Shown in pieces: positions 46,498 to 55,429 of a stretch of 64,000 bases of DNA. This DNA comes from Candidatus Paceibacter sp. GTDB lineage: Bacteria; Patescibacteriota; Patescibacteriia; S139-126. The notes beneath the pieces were generated by a model. It saw nothing but the letters and a program-made list of their open reading frames with translations, was not told the origin of the DNA and made no database searches. The stretch covers positions 98,657-162,656 of the forward strand of contig DYGA01000002.1 of assembly GCA_020724865.1 (NCBI GenBank). Direction: 5' to 3'. A program made the position numbers and the translations under genes. Position 1 is the stretch's first letter. Each line of letters starts with the position of its first letter.

Positions 46498-49151
46498 GCT
46501 TACATTTTCCAGATTTATTAAATCTAAAAGTGGAGTTAACTGATCGGGGAGCACGTTATCAGTTTGGTTCTTTGATTTTTTATTGGCATAAACGGATTGA
46601 TGCCACTGGAGTTTGGCAAAATAAAATTAACAATTATTTTAACTATACTTTAAATATTTTTTTAAGTTTGATTTTATTACATGGATTAGCCAGATTTATT
46701 ATTCTACTTTGGCAGTTTAATTGGCAGTTCTCTTTAGAATTTTTATTTAGTAGTGAATTATTTGTTTTCTGGGTTGCTTGTTTGGCTTTAACTTATTTAA
46801 TTTTTCGTTTAGCTTCTCAAAAAAATAAACAGACGGTCTTAACTGTAAAACAAATTGATGAGAAATTTGTAGATCAACAATCTAAAGAGTTAATTGATCT
46901 TAAGTTAAGTTTTAGTGTTGATACTTTGTTGGTAATAGAGAGATCTTGGCAAGTTGCAAAAAATTTTAAGCAATCTCAGGTTAACAGTTGGAGTTTACTT
47001 TTTTCAATTTTAGAAAGTAAAAAATTAATTGGAGTGTTAGCTAGATTAGGTGTTAGTCGTGATGATGTTTTATTGCGAGTTAAAAATATTATGATTAAAT
47101 CTGCCGGTTATGAAGGCTCGCCTTCAGTAAGTATAGAAGTTTATGATATTTTATTTAAAAGTTATTTTTTAGCAGCTAAACGTAAACAATCATTGGTTGG
47201 TGTTGCTAATATTTTGGAAGCTTTATTTATGAGTGATGATAAGATTCAAGATTTATTTAGTGATTTGTCAATTAGTTTTGATCAGTTAAACCAAGTTATT
47301 GATTGGATAATTGTCAACGACCGTTTATATGAGATATATCAACGACAACGTAAATTGGCCCGTTATAAACCGGGAAATTCTATGAATAAATCAATGACCG
47401 CTGTAGCCACGCCGTATTTAGATAGGTTTGGTTATGATTTAACCTTGGCGGCAAAGTATGGCAACTTAGAAATTTGTGTGGCTCGAGAACAAGAAATTGA
47501 GGAAATTTTTCGCGTAATTGAAGCGGGCAGCAATAGTGTAGTTTTAGTTGGTTTGCCTGGCGTAGGCAGAACTACAATAATCGAAGGTATTGCTCAATTA
47601 ATGGTTACTGAAGATGTGCCAAATAATTTAAAGGATAAACGGATGGTTTCTTTATCATTACCTAGATTGGTTGCTGGTGCAAAATCTCCCGGCATATTGG
47701 AAGAAAGAATTTTACGTATTCACCATGAAATGGTTAGGGCTGGCAATGTTGTTTTGGTTATAGAAAATATTCATGATATTTATGGTATTAACACCCAAAG
47801 CGGCGAGGGACTTGATTTATCTGAAGTGATGGCTGATTTAATAGGTGATGACAGATTTTTGGTTTTGACTACTTCTAATCCTAATGATTATCGAATGAGT
47901 ATTGCCGGTAAAGCGTTGGGCAGTAAACTGCAAAAGATAGATATAAAGGAAACTAATAGAGAACAAACTATGTCAGTATTGATAGCCAAGGTAAATTATT
48001 ATGAATATAAATATAAAGTATTTTTTTCTTTAGGAGCATTGAACAAAGCTATTGAGTTGTCCAATCGTTTTATGCACGATTATTATTTACCAGAAAAAGC
48101 TATTAAGATTTTAGAAGAAGTAGCGGTTTATGTATTAAAACAAAAAGGAGAGAAAAGTTTAATTACCAGTGAAGATGTTGCCAGTTTAATTTCACAAAAA
48201 ATAAATATACCTTTAACTAAAATTACCCAAGATGAATCAAGTAAACTTCTAAATTTAGAAGAAGAAATTCATCAGTATATTATCAATCAATCAGAAGCAG
48301 TTAAAGCGGTAGCTTCAGCTTTACGGCGGGCTCGAACCGAGTTGAGAGATGAAAAAAGACCAATTGTCAATTTGTTATTTTTAGGCCCCACTGGGGTTGG
48401 TAAAACTGAATTGGCAAAAACTGTTGCTTTGACTTATTTTGGCAGTACCAATGATTTAATTAGACTTGATATGTCTGAATATCAAAATAAAGATTCAATA
48501 GGTCGTTTAATTGGTACCGAAAAAAATCCTCAAGGAGGTTTGTTGACTGAAGGTGTAAAACAAAACCCTTTTGCAGTTTTATTGCTTGACGAAATTGAAA
48601 AAGCTCATCCCGATATTTTAAATTTATTTTTACAGGTAATGGATGATGGTCGTTTAACCGACTGGTCAGGTCAGGTTATAGATTTTACCAATATAATTAT
48701 TATTGCAACGTCAAATGCTGGCTCACAATTTATTCAAGATCAATTGCGAATAGGAACCAACGTGGCAACTATTAAAGAAAGGTTATTGGTAGAAAAATTA
48801 AAAGAAGTATTCCGTCCAGAATTTTTGAACCGTTTTGATAATATTGTCGTCTTTACACCTTTGAGTCAAGAACATATTAGAGCTATCGCCGTATTGATGA
48901 TCAAGAAATCTCAGCAACGCTTACTTCAGAAAGGAATTAATTTTGAAATAACTCCAGCTGCCTTACAGGAATTGGCTAATGCCGGATTTGACCCGTTGTT
49001 TGGTGCTAGGCCAATGCGACGAGTAATCCAAGAGCAAATAGATGATGCTTTAGCTAAATATTTATTGTCAGGAAAAATTAGTCGTCGTGATATAGTTGTT
49101 TTTGATGTTGGGGGAAAAATAACCGTTAAGAAAGCTCAGCAATATATTTAA
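46494..49151 (+). CDS. Membrane-anchored ClpA/C-like AAA+ ATPase
   Basis: Start re-called to ATG 46494; two N-terminal TMs, Clp-N repeats, degenerate D1, D2 with GPTGVGKT/LLDEIEK/GARPMRR. Confidence 0.88.
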   Translation: MSLHFPDLLNLKVELTDRGARYQFGSLIFYWHKRIDATGVWQNKINNYFNYTLNIFLSLILLHGLARFIILLWQFNWQFSLEFLFSSELFVFWVACLALTYLIFRLASQKNKQTVLTVKQIDEKFVDQQSKELIDLKLSFSVDTLLVIERSWQVAKNFKQSQVNSWSLLFSILESKKLIGVLARLGVSRDDVLLRVKNIMIKSAGYEGSPSVSIEVYDILFKSYFLAAKRKQSLVGVANILEALFMSDDKIQDLFSDLSISFDQLNQVIDWIIVNDRLYEIYQRQRKLARYKPGNSMNKSMTAVATPYLDRFGYDLTLAAKYGNLEICVAREQEIEEIFRVIEAGSNSVVLVGLPGVGRTTIIEGIAQLMVTEDVPNNLKDKRMVSLSLPRLVAGAKSPGILEERILRIHHEMVRAGNVVLVIENIHDIYGINTQSGEGLDLSEVMADLIGDDRFLVLTTSNPNDYRMSIAGKALGSKLQKIDIKETNREQTMSVLIAKVNYYEYKYKVFFSLGALNKAIELSNRFMHDYYLPEKAIKILEEVAVYVLKQKGEKSLITSEDVASLISQKINIPLTKITQDESSKLLNLEEEIHQYIINQSEAVKAVASALRRARTELRDEKRPIVNLLFLGPTGVGKTELAKTVALTYFGSTNDLIRLDMSEYQNKDSIGRLIGTEKNPQGGLLTEGVKQNPFAVLLLDEIEKAHPDILNLFLQVMDDGRLTDWSGQVIDFTNIIIIATSNAGSQFIQDQLRIGTNVATIKERLLVEKLKEVFRPEFLNRFDNIVVFTPLSQEHIRAIAVLMIKKSQQRLLQKGINFEITPAALQELANAGFDPLFGARPMRRVIQEQIDDALAKYLLSGKISRRDIVVFDVGGKITVKKAQQYI

Positions 49152-49184
49152 AATTCATTGATTTAATATTTGATTTCTATTGTT

Positions 49185-49373
49185 ATGTGTTTTCAAATTC
49201 CTAAAAAAGTTATAGCTATAGAAGGAAAAAGAGCAAAATTGGCTGATGGGAACTGGGTTGATTTAAGTTTAATGTCCGAAGATTGCAAAGTTGATGATAT
49301 GTTATTTGTTGCCGAAAAATTTGCTGTAGCAAAAGTGCCTAACAACGATAATTTATATAATAAAAATAATTAA
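49185..49373 (+). CDS. HypC/HupF-like protein
   Basis: Start re-called to ATG 49185 giving MCFQIP.KV (HypC N-terminal Cys); VDLSL...KVDD.L.V...FA. Confidence 0.7.
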   Translation: MCFQIPKKVIAIEGKRAKLADGNWVDLSLMSEDCKVDDMLFVAEKFAVAKVPNNDNLYNKNN

Positions 49374-49382
49374 TAAAAAAAT

Positions 49383-50285
49383 ATGTCTAAATATTATAAA
49401 GGAATTTTGTTGGTTATTATTACTGCATTAATCAGTGGTTTTTCTATTTTTTTAAATAAGTATGGAGTCAACAATATAGATGCCACTTTATTTACAGGTT
49501 TAAAAAATATTTTTGTTGGCAGTTTATTTGTTTTACTGATTTTAGTTAACAGAGATTGGACGTCAATAAAAAATATTACCAAGCAGCAATGGAAAAAATT
49601 AATCTTGGTAGGTATATTTGGCGGTAGTATTCCATTTGTACTTTTTTTTCAAGGTTTAAAGTTGACCGGTAGTTTGCAGGCTAGTTTTATACACAAGACT
49701 TTGTTTTTATATGTAGCAATTTTGGGTATTTTTTTCCTTAAAGAAAAATTGTCTACTAGATCAATTGTGTCATTGGTTATTATGATACTTGGTTTAATTT
49801 TATTTTTAAAAATAAAATTATTTAATTTTAGTTATGGTGATTGGTTGATTTTATTGGCTACTTTGTTTTGGTCAGTGGAAATTATTATATCTAAAAAATT
49901 ATTAGCTGAATTATCAGCGAATATTGTGGCTTTAGCTCGTATGTTGTTGGGAGGAATTATGATATGGTTATATTTATTTTGGCAGGGCGGAGTTACTCAG
50001 CTGTTTAACTTAGGTTTTATTGAGTGGCGATGGGTAATAATTACATCAGTTTTGTTATTTGGTTATGTTTATACTTTTTATCATGGCTTAAAATATGTTC
50101 CCGCTTATGTGGCGGCAACTATTTTAACTTTAGCTGTTCCGATAACGGCTTTATTGAATTTAGGTTTTTTTCGTACGGCTCTGAGTTTAGGGCAAATTAT
50201 CGGTTTGTTCATCATCTTTTTTAGTAGTTATTTATTAGGCAATAAATATTTAGTTCAAGAAAGAAATGTCCGTCAACACAGTTGA
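49383..50285 (+). CDS. DMT/EamA family transporter
   Basis: About 10 TMs in two repeats; LFFQGL, FLKEKL. Confidence 0.88.
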   Translation: MSKYYKGILLVIITALISGFSIFLNKYGVNNIDATLFTGLKNIFVGSLFVLLILVNRDWTSIKNITKQQWKKLILVGIFGGSIPFVLFFQGLKLTGSLQASFIHKTLFLYVAILGIFFLKEKLSTRSIVSLVIMILGLILFLKIKLFNFSYGDWLILLATLFWSVEIIISKKLLAELSANIVALARMLLGGIMIWLYLFWQGGVTQLFNLGFIEWRWVIITSVLLFGYVYTFYHGLKYVPAYVAATILTLAVPITALLNLGFFRTALSLGQIIGLFIIFFSSYLLGNKYLVQERNVRQHS

Positions 50286-51027
50286 TATTTTACAAAAAAT
50301 AAGACAAAATACTTTTTCTGATTATAATAAAATTACACTAGATCGCGAATCGTTGCGGTTATTGAGTTATTTGTTTTTAAATCCTGATTGTCAATCTGAT
50401 ATTGATTTATTTAGTTTGCCAGGTGAAAATATAAGATTATTTGATTTAGGTCAACACATTATTACCGCTGCCCCGGCGACTTTGGCTAAATATGCTCAAC
50501 AAAAAAAAATATTACATTTAAACAAAATGGATATTTTACAATGTTTTGCCGTTGAACATGCAGTCGACATTCATAATAATAAGATTGATTTAAAAAATAA
50601 TCCCCATTATGCTTTAGCACATTTACTTAATTATTCTCGGGTAAAAAAAATAGTATTTTTTTCTAAAAAAAAATTTGCTTGGTTAGAAAGTAAATTACCT
50701 TGGGGAAAAATTATTTTTAAAAAAGTTATAATTCCTGAAACCTTAGATATTAATATCAATGATTTTGTTTTTCATCATTTTGGGGTAGTAGTAGATCGTG
50801 ATAATAAAAAAAATAAATTAGCCAATATTATTTATCAGAAACAAATTAATAATACCCATATTGTAGACTGGATAAAACAAACAATCGTTAAAAATATTGT
50901 TATTGATTTTTCAGACCAAAGTATTTTTCAACAAGATGTGGTTGATAATATTTTACATCCACAGCAGGTTAAGCCAATTATAAATCCTCAAGATATAGAA
51001 ATGGGAAAAATTAAATTTCAAAAATGA
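50266..51027 (+). CDS. His-rich hypothetical protein with HypC-like C-terminal motif
   Basis: CFAVEH, H.ALAH, INDFVFHHFGVVVD; overlaps both neighbours. Confidence 0.6.
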   Translation: MSVNTVDILQKIRQNTFSDYNKITLDRESLRLLSYLFLNPDCQSDIDLFSLPGENIRLFDLGQHIITAAPATLAKYAQQKKILHLNKMDILQCFAVEHAVDIHNNKIDLKNNPHYALAHLLNYSRVKKIVFFSKKKFAWLESKLPWGKIIFKKVIIPETLDININDFVFHHFGVVVDRDNKKNKLANIIYQKQINNTHIVDWIKQTIVKNIVIDFSDQSIFQQDVVDNILHPQQVKPIINPQDIEMGKIKFQK

Positions 51028-51398
51028 CAATATCTGTATTTGGAAATCCCAATTTACCTCAAGATTCTTTGGCTTTTCGTTTGATTCCACATTTACAACG
51101 TTTATTACCACGGGCGGAATTTATTCATCAAGATCCTCAAGAACAAATAATGCCACCAAATGAATCAGTCTGGTGGATAATTGATGTTGTAAAAAATATT
51201 TCCGAAGTTAAATTGATAACTGATTTAGAGCAAATTAAAGATGCAAAAAGAATGACTTTACATGATTATGATTTAGCAACCGAACTAAAGCTTATAAAGA
51301 AAATATATCCTAATCTAGAGATTAAAATTGTTGGCGTACCTTCTTATGGAAATGTAGAAAAAATTGCTAGCCGGGTAGCCAATATTATAACCAATTGA
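51024..51398 (+). CDS. Hydrogenase maturation protease-like protein (HyaD/HycI fold, short)
   Basis: FGNP.L.QDS, IIDV, TLHD match the GN..D/D/H metal-ligand pattern. Confidence 0.7.
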   Translation: MTISVFGNPNLPQDSLAFRLIPHLQRLLPRAEFIHQDPQEQIMPPNESVWWIIDVVKNISEVKLITDLEQIKDAKRMTLHDYDLATELKLIKKIYPNLEIKIVGVPSYGNVEKIASRVANIITN

Positions 51399-52674
51399 TT
51401 TCCAAAAAATGAGAAGCGCAACTCATACAAGGGTCATATGCTCTAATAATTTTTTCGCAAGTCAAGGCTAGCTCATCTTTTGGACGATCAAGATTTTTTT
51501 GTATATATTCGGCTATATCTAACTCTATAGTAATTTGATTTTGTCCCGTGGGTACAATAACTTCACCTTCGGTTACTATACCTTTATCATCAATAGTTAA
51601 TTTGTGGTATAAAGTTCCTCGAGGAGCTTCCACAACTCCTACGCCTGTAGCTGCTCGTAGTTCAAGTTTATCGGGTTTAGCTGGTTTAAAATTATTATTT
51701 TTAAGTATTTCGATTGTATCGTCAATAGAATTTAATATTTCAATAGCTTGAGCTAGATTATTATGATAGGCATTGTGTGATGGAAATACCTTCAAAGCTT
51801 GCAGACAATCTTTTTTTGTTCGGGAGTTTAAGGCTTGTTGGTTAAGATTTATTCTAGCTAGCGCGCCAACTCGATATGGTTGCCCAGCAAAAGTGTAAGC
51901 TGAAGCTTGGGAATAGGGTAGGACTACATGTTCAAGATGATTGCGAAATTCAGTTTCCTCAGCAATCACGCCATTCATATCGCAAATTTTTCCTTCTAAA
52001 TAAGAATAATCGTCATTTTTTAAAGCAGCATAATTTGTTGGTCTGACAAGTTGGTCGGGTGAATTTAAAAATAATTCAATTAATCTTAAAACTGCCGGTC
52101 TAACTTTTTCCATTTCTTCTATTATAGTCTTTTTTTCATTGTTGTCGGGAATTTTTAAAAATCCACCGGGAACAGGAAACGGCGCGTGAACACTACGTCC
52201 CGCGGTATATTTGGTTAGGTTATTTCCGGCACTTTTTACGGCAAAGGTATCGTGTAATAGTTGATGTTGTAATTTATCATTTTCGTCAAACTCCAATAAG
52301 GAATCTTTTTTAAATAAATCTGGCAAAACAAAGACATAGAGATGTAAGGCATGATCTCTAATTATTAATCCATGATAAGTTAATGTACGAAGTATTTTCG
52401 TTTGTAAAGAAGGTTCATAGTTTAATGTTTTTTCTACCGCTTCAATACTGGCGATTAGATGGGCAATACTACAAGTACCACAAATTCTGGATAATAATTG
52501 AGGTACAGCTGTGATTGGTTTACCTTTAATAGCTTGAGTATAAAACCTTTTATAATCTTGAACTTTAAATTTTACATACTCGACTTTACCATTAGTTACT
52601 TTGACATCAAGTCCGGCTGATCCTTCGACCTTGGTAATTTCATTGATATTTAAATCAAAATCTATAAGATGCAT
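51385..52674 (-). CDS. [NiFe]-hydrogenase large subunit, group 3(b)-like
   Basis: KVEG, L1 RICGTCSIAH, EAPRGTLYH, VPT.QN, L2 RAYDPCMSCASH plus 7-aa cleavable tail. Confidence 0.92.
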   Translation of the reverse strand: MHLIDFDLNINEITKVEGSAGLDVKVTNGKVEYVKFKVQDYKRFYTQAIKGKPITAVPQLLSRICGTCSIAHLIASIEAVEKTLNYEPSLQTKILRTLTYHGLIIRDHALHLYVFVLPDLFKKDSLLEFDENDKLQHQLLHDTFAVKSAGNNLTKYTAGRSVHAPFPVPGGFLKIPDNNEKKTIIEEMEKVRPAVLRLIELFLNSPDQLVRPTNYAALKNDDYSYLEGKICDMNGVIAEETEFRNHLEHVVLPYSQASAYTFAGQPYRVGALARINLNQQALNSRTKKDCLQALKVFPSHNAYHNNLAQAIEILNSIDDTIEILKNNNFKPAKPDKLELRAATGVGVVEAPRGTLYHKLTIDDKGIVTEGEVIVPTGQNQITIELDIAEYIQKNLDRPKDELALTCEKIIRAYDPCMSCASHFLEINWL

Positions 52675-53172
52675 TTATTTGATATTAAATTTTTTAAACA
52701 TTTGTTCGATTAATTCAATAAATTTTTGTTCATTCATAGGACAACCAGGAACTTTAGCGTCAACTTTTACTATTTCGTCCAATCTCCTTACTTTTTCACC
52801 ATAGTTGAATTTTTCCAATAAGAAATCTATTGATTTTCTAAGTTCTTCTGGAAATTCATTGCGTTGAGCTGAAGGCATGCCGGTAACGGCACAAGCGCCA
52901 ACAGCAACCAATACTTTGGCCTTGGCTCTAATTTTTTTTAATTCCTTGGCTTTTTCTTCAGAGGCAATGGCGCCCTCCACAAAAACTACATCCATATCGG
53001 TTAAACTATTTTTTGATTTTAATACTTTGGCATGTTTGAAGTCTAAATAGGGTAACCAGTCTTGCCAATGTTCATTTAAGAGTTCAGTAAAAAGTACGGT
53101 GCTATCTTCACAACAGCTGAAAGTAAACCAGCCAACTTTGAGTTTTTTATTTTTTTCTAAAGTTTTTTTCAT
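52675..53172 (-). CDS. Hydrogenase small (delta) subunit, N-terminal domain only
   Basis: FSCCEDS, VEGAI, VGACAVTG, VPGCP; ends about 20 aa after GCP. Confidence 0.85.
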   Translation of the reverse strand: MKKTLEKNKKLKVGWFTFSCCEDSTVLFTELLNEHWQDWLPYLDFKHAKVLKSKNSLTDMDVVFVEGAIASEEKAKELKKIRAKAKVLVAVGACAVTGMPSAQRNEFPEELRKSIDFLLEKFNYGEKVRRLDEIVKVDAKVPGCPMNEQKFIELIEQMFKKFNIK

Positions 53173-53280
53173 TGTTTATATTATATCATTTTATTTTAAT
53201 TGTGTCATTGACAATTCAATTTATATTTGTAAGTATTTATAGTTAATAGTTATTTAATAATAAAAATTTAGGAGAAAATA

Positions 53281-53613
53281 ATGTTAAAAATAGCAAATTT
53301 AATGGAAAAATTACCGGCTGATATATTAGCTGGTTATATGCATTTTTCCAATATACCTGAAAGCACTTGGAAAAATTATTTCCATCAGCCATTGACTGTT
53401 TATACGTTTAATAATTTAATTTATCTTATTGCTGCTGACGTGCGCCAAGTAGCAGTGCAAAAAACAGAAGAAGGAGAAATGTATGATACCTTGAAAAAGG
53501 GCAAAGAATTAATTTATAAATTGGCAAATATTGCTGAATTATTAGGTTATAAAATTTCAGAAAAAGAGCTTAAATTAGCTCAAGCTCTTCTTTTAGGAGA
53601 GGGAAAAGTTTAA
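53281..53613 (+). CDS. Orphan hypothetical protein
   Basis: AGGAG SD, TTGACA at 53208, terminator at 53631. Confidence 0.7.
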   Translation: MLKIANLMEKLPADILAGYMHFSNIPESTWKNYFHQPLTVYTFNNLIYLIAADVRQVAVQKTEEGEMYDTLKKGKELIYKLANIAELLGYKISEKELKLAQALLLGEGKV

Positions 53614-53630
53614 GCTATTTAAAATTTTAA

Positions 53631-53660
53631 GGCACAGAATTCTCTGTGCCACTTTTTTTT
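53631..53660 (+). terminator. Intrinsic terminator
   Basis: GGCACAGA-ATTC-TCTGTGCC then T-tract. Confidence 0.75.
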
Positions 53661-53687
53661 CTTTTTAAGCATAGGTACAATATAGGT

Positions 53688-54815
53688 ATGCAACCATTGG
53701 CAGATAAAATTAGACCACAAAACATCGAAGAATTTTGCGGACAAGAACATTTGGTAGGAGAAAATAAACCTCTTCGCGTGGCTATAAATAAAAAACATTT
53801 ATTTTCTTTTATTCTTTGGGGACCACCAGGATCTGGAAAAACAACCTTAGCACGTATTTATGTAAAAGCATTAGACGCTAAATTATATGAGTTATCAGCA
53901 GTATCAGCTGGCAAAGAAGATATTAAAAAAATTATTAAAGATAACTCAACTACAAAATCTAAAGTTTTATTCTTAGATGAAATTCATCGTTTCAATAAAT
54001 CGCAACAAGATTTTTTATTGCCTTATGTTGAGAATGGGCAATTGACTTTGATTGGTGCCACTACTGAAAATCCAAGCTTTGAAGTTATTGCTCCGTTGCT
54101 TTCTCGTTGTCGGGTGTTTGTTTTAAATGAATTAAGTGATAAAGATATGACTAAAATTATCAGTCGTACTGGATATAAATTGGCCAAAAAAGAATTAGCT
54201 TGGTTGATTAGCATGGCCAATGGTGATGCTCGACAGGCAATAACTATGATTGAAAATACAGTAAAGTTGTATAAAAATATTACCTTAGAAAATTTAAAAA
54301 ATACTTTGCAGTCAAAATTTTTGCGTTATGATAAACAAGGAGAAGAACATTACAATACGATTAGTGCTTTTATAAAAAGTTTGCGAGCCTCACAACCTAA
54401 TGCGGCATTGTACTATCTTGCTCGCATGATAGATGCTGGCGAAGATCCAAAATTTATTGCCCGGCGGATGGTAATTTTTGCCAGTGAAGATATTGGTTTA
54501 TCTCAGCCAACTGCTCTGGTGGTAGCCAATGAAGTTTTTCGGGCAGTGGAAACAATTGGATTGCCTGAATGTGCCATTAATTTAGCTCATGGCGCAGTTT
54601 ATTTAGCTACTTGTAAAAAAGATAGACGGGCTTATGACGGTTTGATGTTAGCCATGCAAGATGTTAAGAAATTTGGCAATTTACCAATTCCATTGAAAAT
54701 TAGAAATGCGCCAACTAAATTGATGAAAAAAATGAAATATGGACAAGGTTATGAAAAATATGATCAGGACGATTACTTGCCAGACAAAATAAAAGGCAGA
54801 AAATATATAAACTAA
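53688..54815 (+). CDS. rarA: Replication-associated recombination protein RarA/MgsA
   Basis: Start re-called to ATG 53688 (MQPLADKIRP); GPPGSGKT, DEIHRF, GATTENP, ISAFIKS.R. Confidence 0.93.
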   Translation: MQPLADKIRPQNIEEFCGQEHLVGENKPLRVAINKKHLFSFILWGPPGSGKTTLARIYVKALDAKLYELSAVSAGKEDIKKIIKDNSTTKSKVLFLDEIHRFNKSQQDFLLPYVENGQLTLIGATTENPSFEVIAPLLSRCRVFVLNELSDKDMTKIISRTGYKLAKKELAWLISMANGDARQAITMIENTVKLYKNITLENLKNTLQSKFLRYDKQGEEHYNTISAFIKSLRASQPNAALYYLARMIDAGEDPKFIARRMVIFASEDIGLSQPTALVVANEVFRAVETIGLPECAINLAHGAVYLATCKKDRRAYDGLMLAMQDVKKFGNLPIPLKIRNAPTKLMKKMKYGQGYEKYDQDDYLPDKIKGRKYIN

Positions 54816-54841
54816 AAACTGTTTGTATAAATACAGCTTTT

Positions 54842-55330
54842 TTAGTTTGAGTATTGGAAGTATATTGGTGTATTATTTGGACCATTGCTGGTTGCTTGCA
54901 AAACTCCAGATCCGCCTCCGGGTGTGGGCGCTGATAGGTTGATCAAAGTAATTGGTTCATCTTGATTTTCAAGATTAGCGTAGAGAACGCATTTTTTGTC
55001 AGATGATTGATATTGATAAAAATAATAAGTTTGATCGTCAGTGCCGATTTTAGGATCACGAGGTGCTTTAGCTAAAAAATTCTGTGCTTGCGGAAATTTT
55101 ACTTTTATTTCTTCTAACAAGTCTGCCAGGTCATAGGTTCCAGTGCCGCCGTTCGGCTCATAACACGATAAAGCTAAAAATCTACCAATTTGAGCAATAT
55201 CATTTTTTCGTTTTGTGTCTCTGGCTTTTTCTCTGACACCATTTAAACTTACAAACGCTATGGTGCCAATTACACCGATAATGGCGATAGTAATCAATAA
55301 TTCAATTAGAGAAAATCCTTTATTTTTCAT
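54842..55330 (-). CDS. Orphan type IV pilin/GspG-like protein
   Basis: KGFSLIELLITIAII, REKARDTKR..D, PRDP. Confidence 0.85.
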   Translation of the reverse strand: MKNKGFSLIELLITIAIIGVIGTIAFVSLNGVREKARDTKRKNDIAQIGRFLALSCYEPNGGTGTYDLADLLEEIKVKFPQAQNFLAKAPRDPKIGTDDQTYYFYQYQSSDKKCVLYANLENQDEPITLINLSAPTPGGGSGVLQATSNGPNNTPIYFQYSN

Positions 55331-55429
55331 ATATTTATTATAGCATAGTTTTAGTTGACTTTATTTAGTAACTTGTTATAAAATATTAAATTAATTTTTG
55401 TAATTTAAAAATTTAAAAGGAGAATAAAG

